The notes under the pieces: generated by a model | What the model was told of the DNA's origin: nothing | What the model saw: only the letters and a program-made list of their open reading frames with translations | Databases searched by the model: none | Shown: positions 50,728-60,211 of the stretch, in pieces | Layout of the letters: each line of letters opens with the position of its first letter | How positions within the stretch are numbered: position 1 is the first letter of the stretch | Position numbers and translations under genes: made by a program | Source: an uncultured bacterium | GTDB lineage: Bacteria; Babelota; Babeliae; Babelales; Babelaceae | Assembly: GCA_963713855.1 (NCBI GenBank) | Contig: OY970209.1 | Location: 800,001 to 864,000 of the forward strand | Reading direction: 5' to 3' | Length of the DNA: 64,000 nucleotides

Positions 50728-52041
50728 GTGGTTTTGCTGAAGAACTTTAAGAATATCTTCTTAATTCCCGAGCTTATGAAGAAACTTGCCTTCACCTTGG
50801 GTGTTTTGATTGTATATCGTCTAGGAACTTTTATCCCGGTTATTGGGATTAATATGCCTTTAGTAGCCCAGTACATGAAGGAAACAGGTACACTTGGTGG
50901 GCTTTTAAGTTACCTTGACGTGTTTTCTGCTGGTGCGTTGAGTAGAGCTACTATTTTTGCACTTGGTATCGGTCCTTACATTACAGCGTCTATTATGATG
51001 CAAATGTTAACGATGGCTGTGCCTAAGCTTGAGGCTTTGTCAAAAGAAGGTGATTACGGAAGGCGTATGATCAACCAGTACACGAGGTACCTGGCCTTAG
51101 TGCTTAGTATCGTCTATAGTACCGGTTACGCGACGCTGCTTGAAAATGCTAACTTGGTGCTTACGCCAGGCATAGGCTTTAAGCTTTTGTTTGTTCTTTC
51201 GTTGACCGTTGGTTCGATGTTTGTTATGTGGCTTGGCGAACAGATATCCTTGATGGGTATAGGTAACGGAAGTTCGCTTATTATCTTTGCGGGTATTATT
51301 TCACGTATTCCGGATGACATTATTAAAACGCTCAACTGGGTAACTATGGGTAATATAAGCAGTGTTACCGGTATTATTTTACTCTTAGTGTTTTTGGCTT
51401 TAGCGGCCTGTGTAGTATTCTTGGAAAAAGCGGACCGAAAAATACCAATTCAGTACACGAGACGGGTCATTGGGCAACGAGTCTATGGTGGTCAGACGAC
51501 CTATATTCCGTTTAAGGTTAACCCAACTGGTGTAATGCCAGCGATTTTGTCGCAGTCTGTTTTGTATGTGCCTTTGTTTGCGGCTTCCATGTTTGCGGAG
51601 AGGTATGCGATTTTTAGGAACATAACACAGGTGCTTTCGACAAATGGCCTTGTATACAATATCCTCGAGTTTGCGCTTATTGTGTTCTTTACTTTCTTTT
51701 ATACAGCACTGCTTTTTAATGCGCAGGATCTTTCTGATCAGCTTAAAAAGAGTGGAGGGTTCATTCCTATGATCCGGCCAGGTAAGCAAACGGCAGACTA
51801 CTTTGACTATGTGTTAACACGAATCGCGTTTGTCGGTGCTTTATATCTTGGTTTTTTGGCTATAGCTCCAAACTCGTTGATAGCTGCTTTAAGAGCTCCA
51901 ATATCGTTAAATGGTACTTCTCTTCTTATTCTTGTGGGCGTTGCTCTTGAAACGGCTGCTCAGATAGAATCGTACCTTATTGAGCACAAATATGAAGGGT
52001 TTTTGAGGGTCGGTCGCTTAAAAACAAGGTCTGCGCGTTAG
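50728..52041 (+). CDS. secY: Preprotein translocase subunit SecY
   Basis: FALGIGPYITASI, GIGNGSSLIIFAGI, IRPGKQT, GTSLLILVGV. Confidence 0.97.
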   Translation: MVLLKNFKNIFLIPELMKKLAFTLGVLIVYRLGTFIPVIGINMPLVAQYMKETGTLGGLLSYLDVFSAGALSRATIFALGIGPYITASIMMQMLTMAVPKLEALSKEGDYGRRMINQYTRYLALVLSIVYSTGYATLLENANLVLTPGIGFKLLFVLSLTVGSMFVMWLGEQISLMGIGNGSSLIIFAGIISRIPDDIIKTLNWVTMGNISSVTGIILLLVFLALAACVVFLEKADRKIPIQYTRRVIGQRVYGGQTTYIPFKVNPTGVMPAILSQSVLYVPLFAASMFAERYAIFRNITQVLSTNGLVYNILEFALIVFFTFFYTALLFNAQDLSDQLKKSGGFIPMIRPGKQTADYFDYVLTRIAFVGALYLGFLAIAPNSLIAALRAPISLNGTSLLILVGVALETAAQIESYLIEHKYEGFLRVGRLKTRSAR

Positions 52042-52232
52042 GGGAAAAGCGTATAATAGCTCGGTATAAGACAAACAGATAGATTTTACTTAAAAATATG
52101 ATAAAATTATAGCTGAAAGTCTCATTACTCTCGTGATTGTACCGCACATTCGTGTTTTTCGGAATGGGAGAAATTGGTTCCCTTGCATCTTAAAATGCGA
52201 GGGAATGCTTGCTTAAAAAAGATAGCTTTGCG

Positions 52233-53006
52233 ATGACGGATACTGGAAAAATGATAATCCTCAAGGACAAACGCGCTTATGAAAAGATGACCGTAGCTGG
52301 TCAGCTTTTGGCCAGGCTGTTTGATCAGCTTTCAAAAATACTTGAGGCTGGTATGACTACTCTTGATGTGGATTCGAGTATAGCTTCATTTTTGAAAGAG
52401 AACGCGTTGGTTTCTCAATCTCAAGGATATAACGGGTATCGTCATGTAAGTTGTGTATCGGTTAATGACGAGGTGGTGCACGGTATTCCCAGTGCCAAGA
52501 CTGTTTTAAAGCAGGGTGACCTTATTAAAGTGGATATTTGTGCAGCTTTTAAGGGTTATTGCGCTGATATGGCGCGCTGTTTTTTTGTTGGCAGTTCGAG
52601 TACTCTGGAGGCGCAAAAGCTTGTTGATGTAGCACGAAGTGCGTTGGACAAGGGTATAGCTAAGGCAGTTCCTGGTGGAAGGCTTGGCGACATTTCTGCT
52701 GCTATTCAAGAGGAAGTTGAAAGGCATGGGTTTGGGGTTGTTCGTGATTTTGCAGGGCATGGTATTGGAAGCTCGATGCATGAAGAGCCAGAGATTCTTA
52801 ATTATGGAAAGCATGGGCATGGACCGCTTTTGCATGCTGGCATGGCTTTTGCTATAGAGCCTATGATTACCCAAGGGCATTATGGTGTTTACGTGAAAGC
52901 GGATGGATGGACGGCGGTTACTAGGGATGGTAGTTTAGCTGCCCACGTTGAAGATACCGTTTTTATTACTGAAAAGGGTCCACACATTATAACTAGGTTG
53001 TTGTGA
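52233..53006 (+). CDS. map: Methionine aminopeptidase type I
   Basis: [34 protein letters not shown]. Confidence 0.96.
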   Translation: MTDTGKMIILKDKRAYEKMTVAGQLLARLFDQLSKILEAGMTTLDVDSSIASFLKENALVSQSQGYNGYRHVSCVSVNDEVVHGIPSAKTVLKQGDLIKVDICAAFKGYCADMARCFFVGSSSTLEAQKLVDVARSALDKGIAKAVPGGRLGDISAAIQEEVERHGFGVVRDFAGHGIGSSMHEEPEILNYGKHGHGPLLHAGMAFAIEPMITQGHYGVYVKADGWTAVTRDGSLAAHVEDTVFITEKGPHIITRLL

Positions 53007-53010
53007 AGAT

Positions 53011-53265
53011 ATGGCCAAAAAAGAAGATGTTATCCGCGTTGACGGAATTGTTAAAGAGACGTTGCCTAATGCTATGTTTCGCGTTGAGATAGAGGGAGGT
53101 CACGTAGTACTGGGGCATGTATCAGGTAAGATGCGTATGAATTATATTCGCATTCTGCCCGGTGATAAGGTTGCTCTCGAGTTGTCTCCTTATGATCTGA
53201 CGAGAGGTAGAATCGTTCTACGGTATAAGGGAGAGAAGGTAGAAAAAAGTATTGATCCACAGTAA
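53011..53265 (+). CDS. infA: Translation initiation factor IF-1
   Basis: [33 protein letters not shown]. Confidence 0.97.
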   Translation: MAKKEDVIRVDGIVKETLPNAMFRVEIEGGHVVLGHVSGKMRMNYIRILPGDKVALELSPYDLTRGRIVLRYKGEKVEKSIDPQ

Positions 53266-53277
53266 GGGATTGGCATT

Positions 53278-53394
53278 ATGAAAGTGAGAACGTCAGTAAA
53301 AATTATTTGCCGTGACTGCCGCATTATAAAGCGCAAAGGCGTTGTACGTGTGGTATGCACAAAAAGGCTCCGGCATAAGCAGCGTCAAGGCTAA
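53278..53394 (+). CDS. rpmJ: 50S ribosomal protein L36 (not in the ORF track)
   Basis: [38 protein letters not shown]. Confidence 0.96.
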   Translation: MKVRTSVKIICRDCRIIKRKGVVRVVCTKRLRHKQRQG

Positions 53395-53405
53395 AGAGGG
53401 ATTAT

Positions 53406-53798
53406 ATGGCAAGAATTGAAGGAGTAGAATTACCACGTAATAAACGTATTGAGTATGGCCTTACCTATATTTTTGGTATTGGGCTCAAGCGTTCGCGTGA
53501 TATCTTAAACAGCACGGGCATCGATTTTAATAAGCGGGTAAAAGATCTTGCTGATAATGAAATTGCTGCAATTCAGAAGGCAATTGTAACAAATCAATTT
53601 GCGGTTGAGGGTGATCTTCGTAAAGAGATCATGAATAATATAAAGCGGCTTCAAGAAATAGGCTCCTACAGAGGCTTAAGGCATAAGAAAGGGCTTCCTG
53701 TACGTGGACAGAGGACACGCACAAATTCTCGTACGCGCAAGGGTCCACGTAAAGCAAGTTCGATTGTGGCACAAAAACGTAAAGTAACAAAGAAGTAA
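53406..53798 (+). CDS. rpsM: 30S ribosomal protein S13
   Basis: [27 protein letters not shown]. Confidence 0.97.
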   Translation: MARIEGVELPRNKRIEYGLTYIFGIGLKRSRDILNSTGIDFNKRVKDLADNEIAAIQKAIVTNQFAVEGDLRKEIMNNIKRLQEIGSYRGLRHKKGLPVRGQRTRTNSRTRKGPRKASSIVAQKRKVTKK

Positions 53799-53812
53799 AG
53801 TAAAAGGATAGG

Positions 53813-54196
53813 ATGGCTTACAAGAAAAAGTCGAAGAAAATTAAACGACATGTTGATGCAGCTGTTGTGCATGTTAGGTCTACCTTTAACAATACGCTTG
53901 TTGCGGTAACAACGCAGGGCGGAGACGTATTGTTAAGAGGAAGTTCTGGTAAGATGGGATTTAAGGGAACGCGTAAAGGTACTCCTTTTGCGGCATCTCA
54001 AGTTGGTGCTTCGTTAGCCAGGGACATGTCCTCTTTGGGCATTAAGGAAATAGAAGTTAATCTTCAGGGTCCAGGATCGGGTAGGGATTCGGTGGTTCGT
54101 TCGTTGCAATCAGCTGGCTTTGCCATTTCTGTATTGCGCGATGTTACCCCATTGCCACATAATGGCACTCGAGCGCCTAAAAAGCGTCGTGTATAA
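53813..54196 (+). CDS. rpsK: 30S ribosomal protein S11
   Basis: STFNNT, KGTPFAA, DVTPLPHNG. Confidence 0.97.
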   Translation: MAYKKKSKKIKRHVDAAVVHVRSTFNNTLVAVTTQGGDVLLRGSSGKMGFKGTRKGTPFAASQVGASLARDMSSLGIKEIEVNLQGPGSGRDSVVRSLQSAGFAISVLRDVTPLPHNGTRAPKKRRV

Positions 54197-54235
54197 AACG
54201 GTTTAATAGTTCTTGTTTTGCTATAAGTGTAATAT

Positions 54236-54817
54236 ATGATGACAGAAAAAAGATCTCCAGCGTCTAGTGCGCGTGGTCCACGTGGTGATCGTTCAGAGCC
54301 ACAAAAAGCTACAGTAAGGACGCGTAAAAAAAGTGAATATGGCCGTCAGCTTGAAGAAAAGCAAAAGGTCAAGGAAATGTATGGCATGAGAGAGCGCCAG
54401 TTTAAGCGTTTTTTTGATATTGCTTTAAAAAGCGAAGAAGCTACTGGTGAAAAGCTTTTAAATCTCCTTGAACGGCGTTTAGATAATGTACTTTACAGGT
54501 TAAAGCTTGCCACAACTCGTCGCCAAGCTCGCCAAGTTATTGTCCACGGCCATGTCTTGGTAAATGGTAGGCGCGTGTATTCACCTTCGTATCTCGTTGA
54601 TAGTAATGATGAGATAACGTTAGTTCCTGCAGTTGCTTCTAAGGAAGTGTTTCTCCAGGAAGTAATTGAAAAGCGCTTAAATTCGAATGCAAAAGTGCCT
54701 GATTGGCTTGAGTTGGATAAGAAGGAGCGTAGAGGTCGCGTGTTGCGTCAACCAGTTCGCGTTGATGTTCAAGCGCCTATCGAAGAGTATTTGATTGTGG
54801 AGCTCTATTCTAAATAA
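54236..54817 (+). CDS. rpsD: 30S ribosomal protein S4
   Basis: [37 protein letters not shown]. Confidence 0.95.
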   Translation: MMTEKRSPASSARGPRGDRSEPQKATVRTRKKSEYGRQLEEKQKVKEMYGMRERQFKRFFDIALKSEEATGEKLLNLLERRLDNVLYRLKLATTRRQARQVIVHGHVLVNGRRVYSPSYLVDSNDEITLVPAVASKEVFLQEVIEKRLNSNAKVPDWLELDKKERRGRVLRQPVRVDVQAPIEEYLIVELYSK

Positions 54818-54837
54818 ATAGGGGGCACGTTTTTGTT

Positions 54838-55917
54838 ATGGGAGATTCGATGGCAAGTAAGAAGGAGTTTCAACCTTTAACACTTCCCCGCATTGCGTGG
54901 GATAAATCCGTGCTTACTGCAACGTATGGTGAGCTTGTGGCGCAGCCACTAGAGCCAGGTTTTGGTATCACCCTCGGAGGCGCTTTAAGGCGCGTTTTAT
55001 TAGGGGGCATAGAGGGATCTGCCGTTACTGCGGTTATTATTAAGGGTGTTAATAACGAATTTTCAGTCGTACCCGGTATTATTGAAGACACAATGCAAAT
55101 AGTACTTAACTGTAAAGAGATTATAGTACGTAATAAAACGGGAAATCCGGGGCGTATGTTCATCTCTGTTTCCGGCGAAGCTGTAGCACGTGTGTCTGAT
55201 ATAAAGGCTGATGAGCATTTAGAGCTTTTAAATCCTGAGCACGTAGTGGCGCACGTTGGCCAAGGTGGTGTTCTTCAGATTGAGTTTTTTGTAGAGTCAG
55301 GTCGCGGATATCAGTCAGCCCAGTGGCCAGTGGGTCAGGCATTGCAAGAAGATGGTCGTATTTATCTTGATGCTCTTTTTTCTCCCGTAAGAAAAGTGAG
55401 TTATGAGGTAGAAAAAACACGTGTAGGTCGAGACATTGATTATGATAAGCTGACTATTGCTATTACGACTGATGGTACTCAGGGTCCGGCTGATGTTTTA
55501 CATTATGCGGTGTCTGTTTTACGTACTCAGCTAGAGCATTTTTTGGCCAGCCCAGAAATTCCGTTTAATGATATTTCTGTGCAAGGTGAACTGGAGCAGC
55601 GTGAGCGTTCAAGTGAGGATGCTGAGGCTAAGTATAAGGGCGTTCCTGTGGATCTTCTTTTAAAACCTATTGAGGTTTTAGAGTTTCCTGCGCGTGCCCA
55701 TAATTGCCTTGTTAAAGCTGGCATTAAGCGCATTTTGGAATTAGTTAATTTGACTGAAGATGAGGCTTTAAAAATTAAAAATTTTGGTCGTAAATCTTTT
55801 GATGAAGTCAAAGAAAGCATGAAAAATTTTGGCCTATCATTTGGTATGAATATTCCTGAATCAGACATTAAAAATTTATTAGACAGAGGTACTACTAATG
55901 AGACACCAGAGCGGTAG
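54838..55917 (+). CDS. rpoA: RNA polymerase alpha subunit
   Basis: PLEPGFGITLG..LRRVLL, DALFSPV, DYDKL, RAHNCL, NFGRKS. Confidence 0.97.
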   Translation: MGDSMASKKEFQPLTLPRIAWDKSVLTATYGELVAQPLEPGFGITLGGALRRVLLGGIEGSAVTAVIIKGVNNEFSVVPGIIEDTMQIVLNCKEIIVRNKTGNPGRMFISVSGEAVARVSDIKADEHLELLNPEHVVAHVGQGGVLQIEFFVESGRGYQSAQWPVGQALQEDGRIYLDALFSPVRKVSYEVEKTRVGRDIDYDKLTIAITTDGTQGPADVLHYAVSVLRTQLEHFLASPEIPFNDISVQGELEQRERSSEDAEAKYKGVPVDLLLKPIEVLEFPARAHNCLVKAGIKRILELVNLTEDEALKIKNFGRKSFDEVKESMKNFGLSFGMNIPESDIKNLLDRGTTNETPER

Positions 55918-56257
55918 AAAAAAGCTAAACCTAGATTCAGGGCATCGCACTGCTCTCCTTCGAAACCAAGCTATTGTTCTTATTACTCATGGGCATCTGA
56001 CAACAACGAAAGCGCGTGCTCAGGAAGTAAGAAAATTGGCTGAAAAATTAGTAACGATTGCTCGTGAGGGTAATACGTTTAATGCAAGACGCAAAGCTCA
56101 AGCACTTCTTCCTTACAAGGACGAAGTTTTACTAAAACTCTTTAAAGAAATAGCGCCTCGTTACACAGAGCGCCCAGGAGGCTATACGCGCCTTATTCGT
56201 TTAGGAAAGAGAATAAGCGATACGGCAGAAATCGCACGCCTTGAGTGGGTTTCATGA
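55898..56257 (+). CDS. rplQ: 50S ribosomal protein L17
   Basis: MRH, HRTALLRN, RPGGYTR. Confidence 0.97.
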   Translation: MRHQSGRKKLNLDSGHRTALLRNQAIVLITHGHLTTTKARAQEVRKLAEKLVTIAREGNTFNARRKAQALLPYKDEVLLKLFKEIAPRYTERPGGYTRLIRLGKRISDTAEIARLEWVS

Positions 56258-56493
56258 CAAGTGACGAGGAAATGATTCGCAGGATTGACGATCTTCTTCA
56301 GAGTCTTCGTCCCAATGTTCAGATGGATGGTGGAGACATTGAGCTCGTTTCTTACAAGAACGGTACTGTCTCACTCAAATTATCCGGCTCCTGCGGTACA
56401 TGCTTTACGTTTCGCGATCACGTCCGTTCGCTCGTTGAAGAGCATCTTAAAGACTCAATTTCAGAAATACATGAGGTAGTTATCGTCAGATGA
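56254..56493 (+). CDS. NifU C-terminal (Nfu) domain Fe-S carrier
   Basis: LRPNVQMDGGDIELV...LSGSCGTC. Confidence 0.88.
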   Translation: MTSDEEMIRRIDDLLQSLRPNVQMDGGDIELVSYKNGTVSLKLSGSCGTCFTFRDHVRSLVEEHLKDSISEIHEVVIVR

Positions 56494-56519
56494 TGATAAC
56501 TACTTTTTTCTTTTTGCTA
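56472..56519 (+). repeat. Direct repeat copy 1 (3' end of nfu plus terminator), paired with 57140-57183
   Basis: tgaggtagttatcgtcagatgatgataactacttttttctttttgcta; hairpin gtagttatcgtca/tgatgataactac followed by a T run. Confidence 0.75.
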
Positions 56520-56651
56520 GAAACATTTGTTCTTGAGTGATTTTTAGAAAACTCTTTTAGTCTCGATCATATTATTGACAATCTGAATAATTTATTGATA
56601 TTGTGAATAATATTAATGGGATAAATGAAAAAGATACTTTGAAGGAGTTTT

Positions 56652-57131
56652 GTGTCTAAATTGTTAATAATGGCCCTTTATTCATCATTGTTTATCTTTA
56701 TGTCCACCATCCAAACGATGGAAAAATCAGAGATTCTTGAAATGGCAATGCAAGGTAAGGGTGATGTTTTTAAAATAGCGAATGTTGGGCCTTACATTAA
56801 ATCGATCATCTATGGAAAGCTACTCGAAGTAGATCCTAAAGAAACTCAAGTTCTACAATGTATGGATTATACAAATTCACTCTTCGGCAAACATGAATAT
56901 AGTTGTTGGATCGACCATTTTAGAGATGGTGAGGTTTTCTATGTACGGCGATATAAAAATTTAGCAGAAATTTTAAGAACATATGAAGCTTTGAAAAAGT
57001 CATATGAAGGCTATGACTGGAAATTACCTATTATTACAGCGAGCGCTCTGATTGGCGGTATTGGTCTACTTCTCTATCAGCTCTCAAAAAAACCATTGAG
57101 TTTTCCTCGAGCTGCGGCTTCAGCTGCCTAA
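56652..57131 (+). CDS. Secreted hypothetical protein with C-terminal TM
   Basis: TTGACA promoter-like site, AAGGAG RBS, signal peptide, LPIITASALIGGIGLLLY. Confidence 0.75.
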   Translation: MSKLLIMALYSSLFIFMSTIQTMEKSEILEMAMQGKGDVFKIANVGPYIKSIIYGKLLEVDPKETQVLQCMDYTNSLFGKHEYSCWIDHFRDGEVFYVRRYKNLAEILRTYEALKKSYEGYDWKLPIITASALIGGIGLLLYQLSKKPLSFPRAAASAA

Positions 57132-57139
57132 TGCCTCTT

Positions 57140-57183
57140 TGAGGTAGTTATCATCAGGTGATGGTAATGCTTTTCCTTTTCTA
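57140..57183 (+). repeat. Direct repeat copy 2
   Basis: tgaggtagttatcatcaggtgatggtaatgcttttccttttcta. Confidence 0.75.
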
Positions 57184-57227
57184 TCGTTTTGTTATTACCG
57201 CCATGTCCTAAGTGCAGGTTATTGAAC

Positions 57228-58334
57228 TCAGCACTCTTTAGCACCGTTGATTATGCGTGGTTGAGAACTAGGGTTATTCATATGAACTTGGCGCTGTGGA
57301 TCTTGATCATACGTATTGTTCAGAGCATTTAAGTGAGCAGCAATAGTTGGATCACTAAATTGTGGCATACCTGCTGACCTATAGAACTCTGCAGCTCTCC
57401 TTCTTGCTATTTCTTCCTCCAAGTTTGCATTTCGCGTGCGAGCAATGTCTTGATGTATTTGAGAATCTTCGTGCGATTCTTGAACCTGTTGAGGCGTAGT
57501 TAGCTGCTCAATATGTTCAAGAAGTCGACCGGCGGCTGCAAGCCTTGCGGGTCCTTCCAGTAGCTGAATGGTAGCCCATAGGCTGTCTGCTAAGTATATC
57601 CCGATAGATTGAGATTGATCGTAAGCATGTAACTCGTGAATGCTGCGGCTAAGAGCCGCTGTCTCGAGGTAATCATTTCCTTCTTGAATCGATTGTCTGT
57701 AGTTTTTCCTCGCTTCTTCATCAGTAAGAAGCTGTGTAATAATTTGACCGTGAAGAGCAACGGCAAACCGCGCCCGAGTTATTACTGAAAGTAGTGGTAA
57801 GTCAGCTTCTAAATGAGATACTTGTGGTGATTGGTCACTTATATCAAACGGAGTCCATCGAGTATTGTTGACACCTGGGGCTGGTTCAGCAATTGCTAAA
57901 ATTATGTGAATAAACTGACTTTGCCCATCTAGCAAAGTGAGGTCCAAGGTACCAAGATCAGTAATAGGTAACACGCCGAAGCCCAAGGTTTCAAGGCATA
58001 TGCGCATAGCAAACCGTGAGTAAGATTCGTGCTCAATGCGCCGTTCAAGAAGTGGTTCATAGTGATATTCCCATTCATCATTTTCATTATTGTATCTAAC
58101 TATGAAAATGTCCCATTGTATGGTTGCGTGCGGTGACTGGGATTTATTGAGCTGATCTTTTGCTAATTTAAGAGCATCTTTGTAGCGTTGCGCCGCATCT
58201 GGGTAATAGACAAAACGGCCTCTTGTTAATTGTTGCAGAATGTTCGTAAAAGACTCTTCTTCTTTGGGTTTTTCCATTCCTGCAACCTGTTGGACAGACA
58301 AGGCAAAATACGCAAATAAATATAAGTATCTCAT
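57228..58334 (-). CDS. Secreted hypothetical protein
   Basis: Signal peptide MRYLYLFAYFALSVQQVAG-MEKP. Confidence 0.75.
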   Translation of the reverse strand: MRYLYLFAYFALSVQQVAGMEKPKEEESFTNILQQLTRGRFVYYPDAAQRYKDALKLAKDQLNKSQSPHATIQWDIFIVRYNNENDEWEYHYEPLLERRIEHESYSRFAMRICLETLGFGVLPITDLGTLDLTLLDGQSQFIHIILAIAEPAPGVNNTRWTPFDISDQSPQVSHLEADLPLLSVITRARFAVALHGQIITQLLTDEEARKNYRQSIQEGNDYLETAALSRSIHELHAYDQSQSIGIYLADSLWATIQLLEGPARLAAAGRLLEHIEQLTTPQQVQESHEDSQIHQDIARTRNANLEEEIARRRAAEFYRSAGMPQFSDPTIAAHLNALNNTYDQDPQRQVHMNNPSSQPRIINGAKEC

Positions 58335-58453
58335 AATGGCCTCAAGCTAAAAACTTCGGTAAAATTAGCTTTATTGTAGAGCAACTTTTAACGAAGAGCA
58401 ATCAGCGCTGATTCTGAATTAAGATTAAGCAATTTCTTTTGAGTCTCGCGCCT

Positions 58454-60199
58454 CTAATCACAATAATTTATTATCTTACAGGAATTTTCGGAGGTGGGTA
58501 CGCAAGCATTGCCTTGACCTATATCAGCTAATCGCGTTGGCTTTACCAGTATCTCAGCTGTGTTAGTAATTTGTTCTTTAAGCGTTGCGATAGAGCATTC
58601 TTCCTGTGGCTCAAACGAGCTTGATTGTATTGACGCTTTTTCTCCAATGAAGGGGTATTCGTACGAATCAGGTGGTATTTTGTTGCCTCTTCCTTCAACG
58701 GCAAGGCTGAGTAGCCCACGATCGAATGTGGCATTGCTCGCCAGTGAAAAAATACTACTTTGTATGTATGAGCATTTATGGTGTTGGTGAACTTTTTGCA
58801 TGACCTCGGGAATGATTTTACTAACATTAACGATATCGGAGTGAATGAGTATGGGGTAACCGATCAGATTAGATATGTTATTTTTTGTCTCTTCCCAAAA
58901 AAAGGGGGTCTGAATGAGTATTGCAAAACACATCAAGAGTGTAGCTGGCAAAGCCACGGCAATCAAGGCTTCATGCCAGTCATCACGTGCGGTCCAGAGG
59001 GCTAAATGAAAAATAGTAACCAGAAATGATGTGGTAAGAGCTTGCTCGTTGATAAAAAAAGTGGGAAGTCTGTACATTAGTTTCCAGATAGTATCTTGAT
59101 TTTCAATGGTTGTATTAAAACCGGTTGAGATGTGATTATCTCGTGATGGCAATTTGTTGGTTGGTATTGTACTCATTGTGATGCTGTTCCATAATGAAGG
59201 GAAGTTTGGTCCTGCGCTGAACAAGAAAGTTATCGGTGCACTAAGTTTGGTTTTCCATGAAGGTGAAGATAACATTTTAATGGCTGCATAAGTCCCGGAA
59301 ATCAACAGCATAGTTTTACCGAGAACATATATGGTCTTTCCTACAATCCATTTTAAATCGTCGTTAGCCATCTTGGCTAACTGGCTTAAATTAGGAGTCC
59401 AGCCGTCATAGTCATATTCAAGAAGTTGGCCAATTTTAGCTATCCAGTCGTCATCAGAATAAAAATAAATCAGTGTTTGAAAGTTTTTGGCTTGATACCG
59501 TTTTTCTTCTCTTGGCGGACATGCTAAATAAATAAGCATGTGGATCGGTTTTTCTAAAAATTGCGTCAGATTGTTTCCTATATTGCAACCGTGGCTATGA
59601 CACAAAATAACTATCTCAATGTCTTGATTTTCAAGAATCATTATATTGTTAAAATATATTTCTAGCGCTTTGGCAGCATCTAGGCGAGCACTGTCGCTCA
59701 AATCGCCCGTCCACTTGAAAGATACTAAATCTAGTTCTTTGCCTCGTGATCTAGCATACGAAGCTGCGGTCCTCTTAATATGCCTATAAATTTGAGATTC
59801 GTCCGATTCACTCGAATAAAAAGCCGCCCAATCTTGTGCCCATGTTCCATGAATAACCACCCAAACGATGCGACCGAGAGTCTTTTTGCTTTCACTAAAG
59901 GTGCAACGATCAATCCTTCTTATTTTTGTGCCGCTTGGCATTCCTTCGTTAACAAAGTCGTCTCGCTGGACTGTTTTCCAACAAGATGGATACGTAACGT
60001 CCTCATCAGCAAGTTTCATGTTCATTGCAAGGTCGACGTTATTGTCGGACATTTCTTGGTCGCTGTGCCTTAGAAAACCTTCGACTTCTTCTTGATAGAC
60101 TAAAATGTTCTCCTCGCGACTGTCATTGCACTTTGATAAAGAAAAACATAGAAAAAGATTGAGTAGTAGATATCGTTTTTGAAAAGCAATGATATTCAT
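58454..60199 (-). CDS. Secreted alpha/beta hydrolase (lipase-like) with TM insertions
   Basis: VVIHGTW, FKWTGDL, CHSHGCN, LIYLACP, YSDDDWI; hydrophobic segments downstream. Confidence 0.75.
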   Translation of the reverse strand: MNIIAFQKRYLLLNLFLCFSLSKCNDSREENILVYQEEVEGFLRHSDQEMSDNNVDLAMNMKLADEDVTYPSCWKTVQRDDFVNEGMPSGTKIRRIDRCTFSESKKTLGRIVWVVIHGTWAQDWAAFYSSESDESQIYRHIKRTAASYARSRGKELDLVSFKWTGDLSDSARLDAAKALEIYFNNIMILENQDIEIVILCHSHGCNIGNNLTQFLEKPIHMLIYLACPPREEKRYQAKNFQTLIYFYSDDDWIAKIGQLLEYDYDGWTPNLSQLAKMANDDLKWIVGKTIYVLGKTMLLISGTYAAIKMLSSPSWKTKLSAPITFLFSAGPNFPSLWNSITMSTIPTNKLPSRDNHISTGFNTTIENQDTIWKLMYRLPTFFINEQALTTSFLVTIFHLALWTARDDWHEALIAVALPATLLMCFAILIQTPFFWEETKNNISNLIGYPILIHSDIVNVSKIIPEVMQKVHQHHKCSYIQSSIFSLASNATFDRGLLSLAVEGRGNKIPPDSYEYPFIGEKASIQSSSFEPQEECSIATLKEQITNTAEILVKPTRLADIGQGNACVPTSENSCKIINYCD

Positions 60200-60211
60200 T
60201 CCTGGCTTTCC

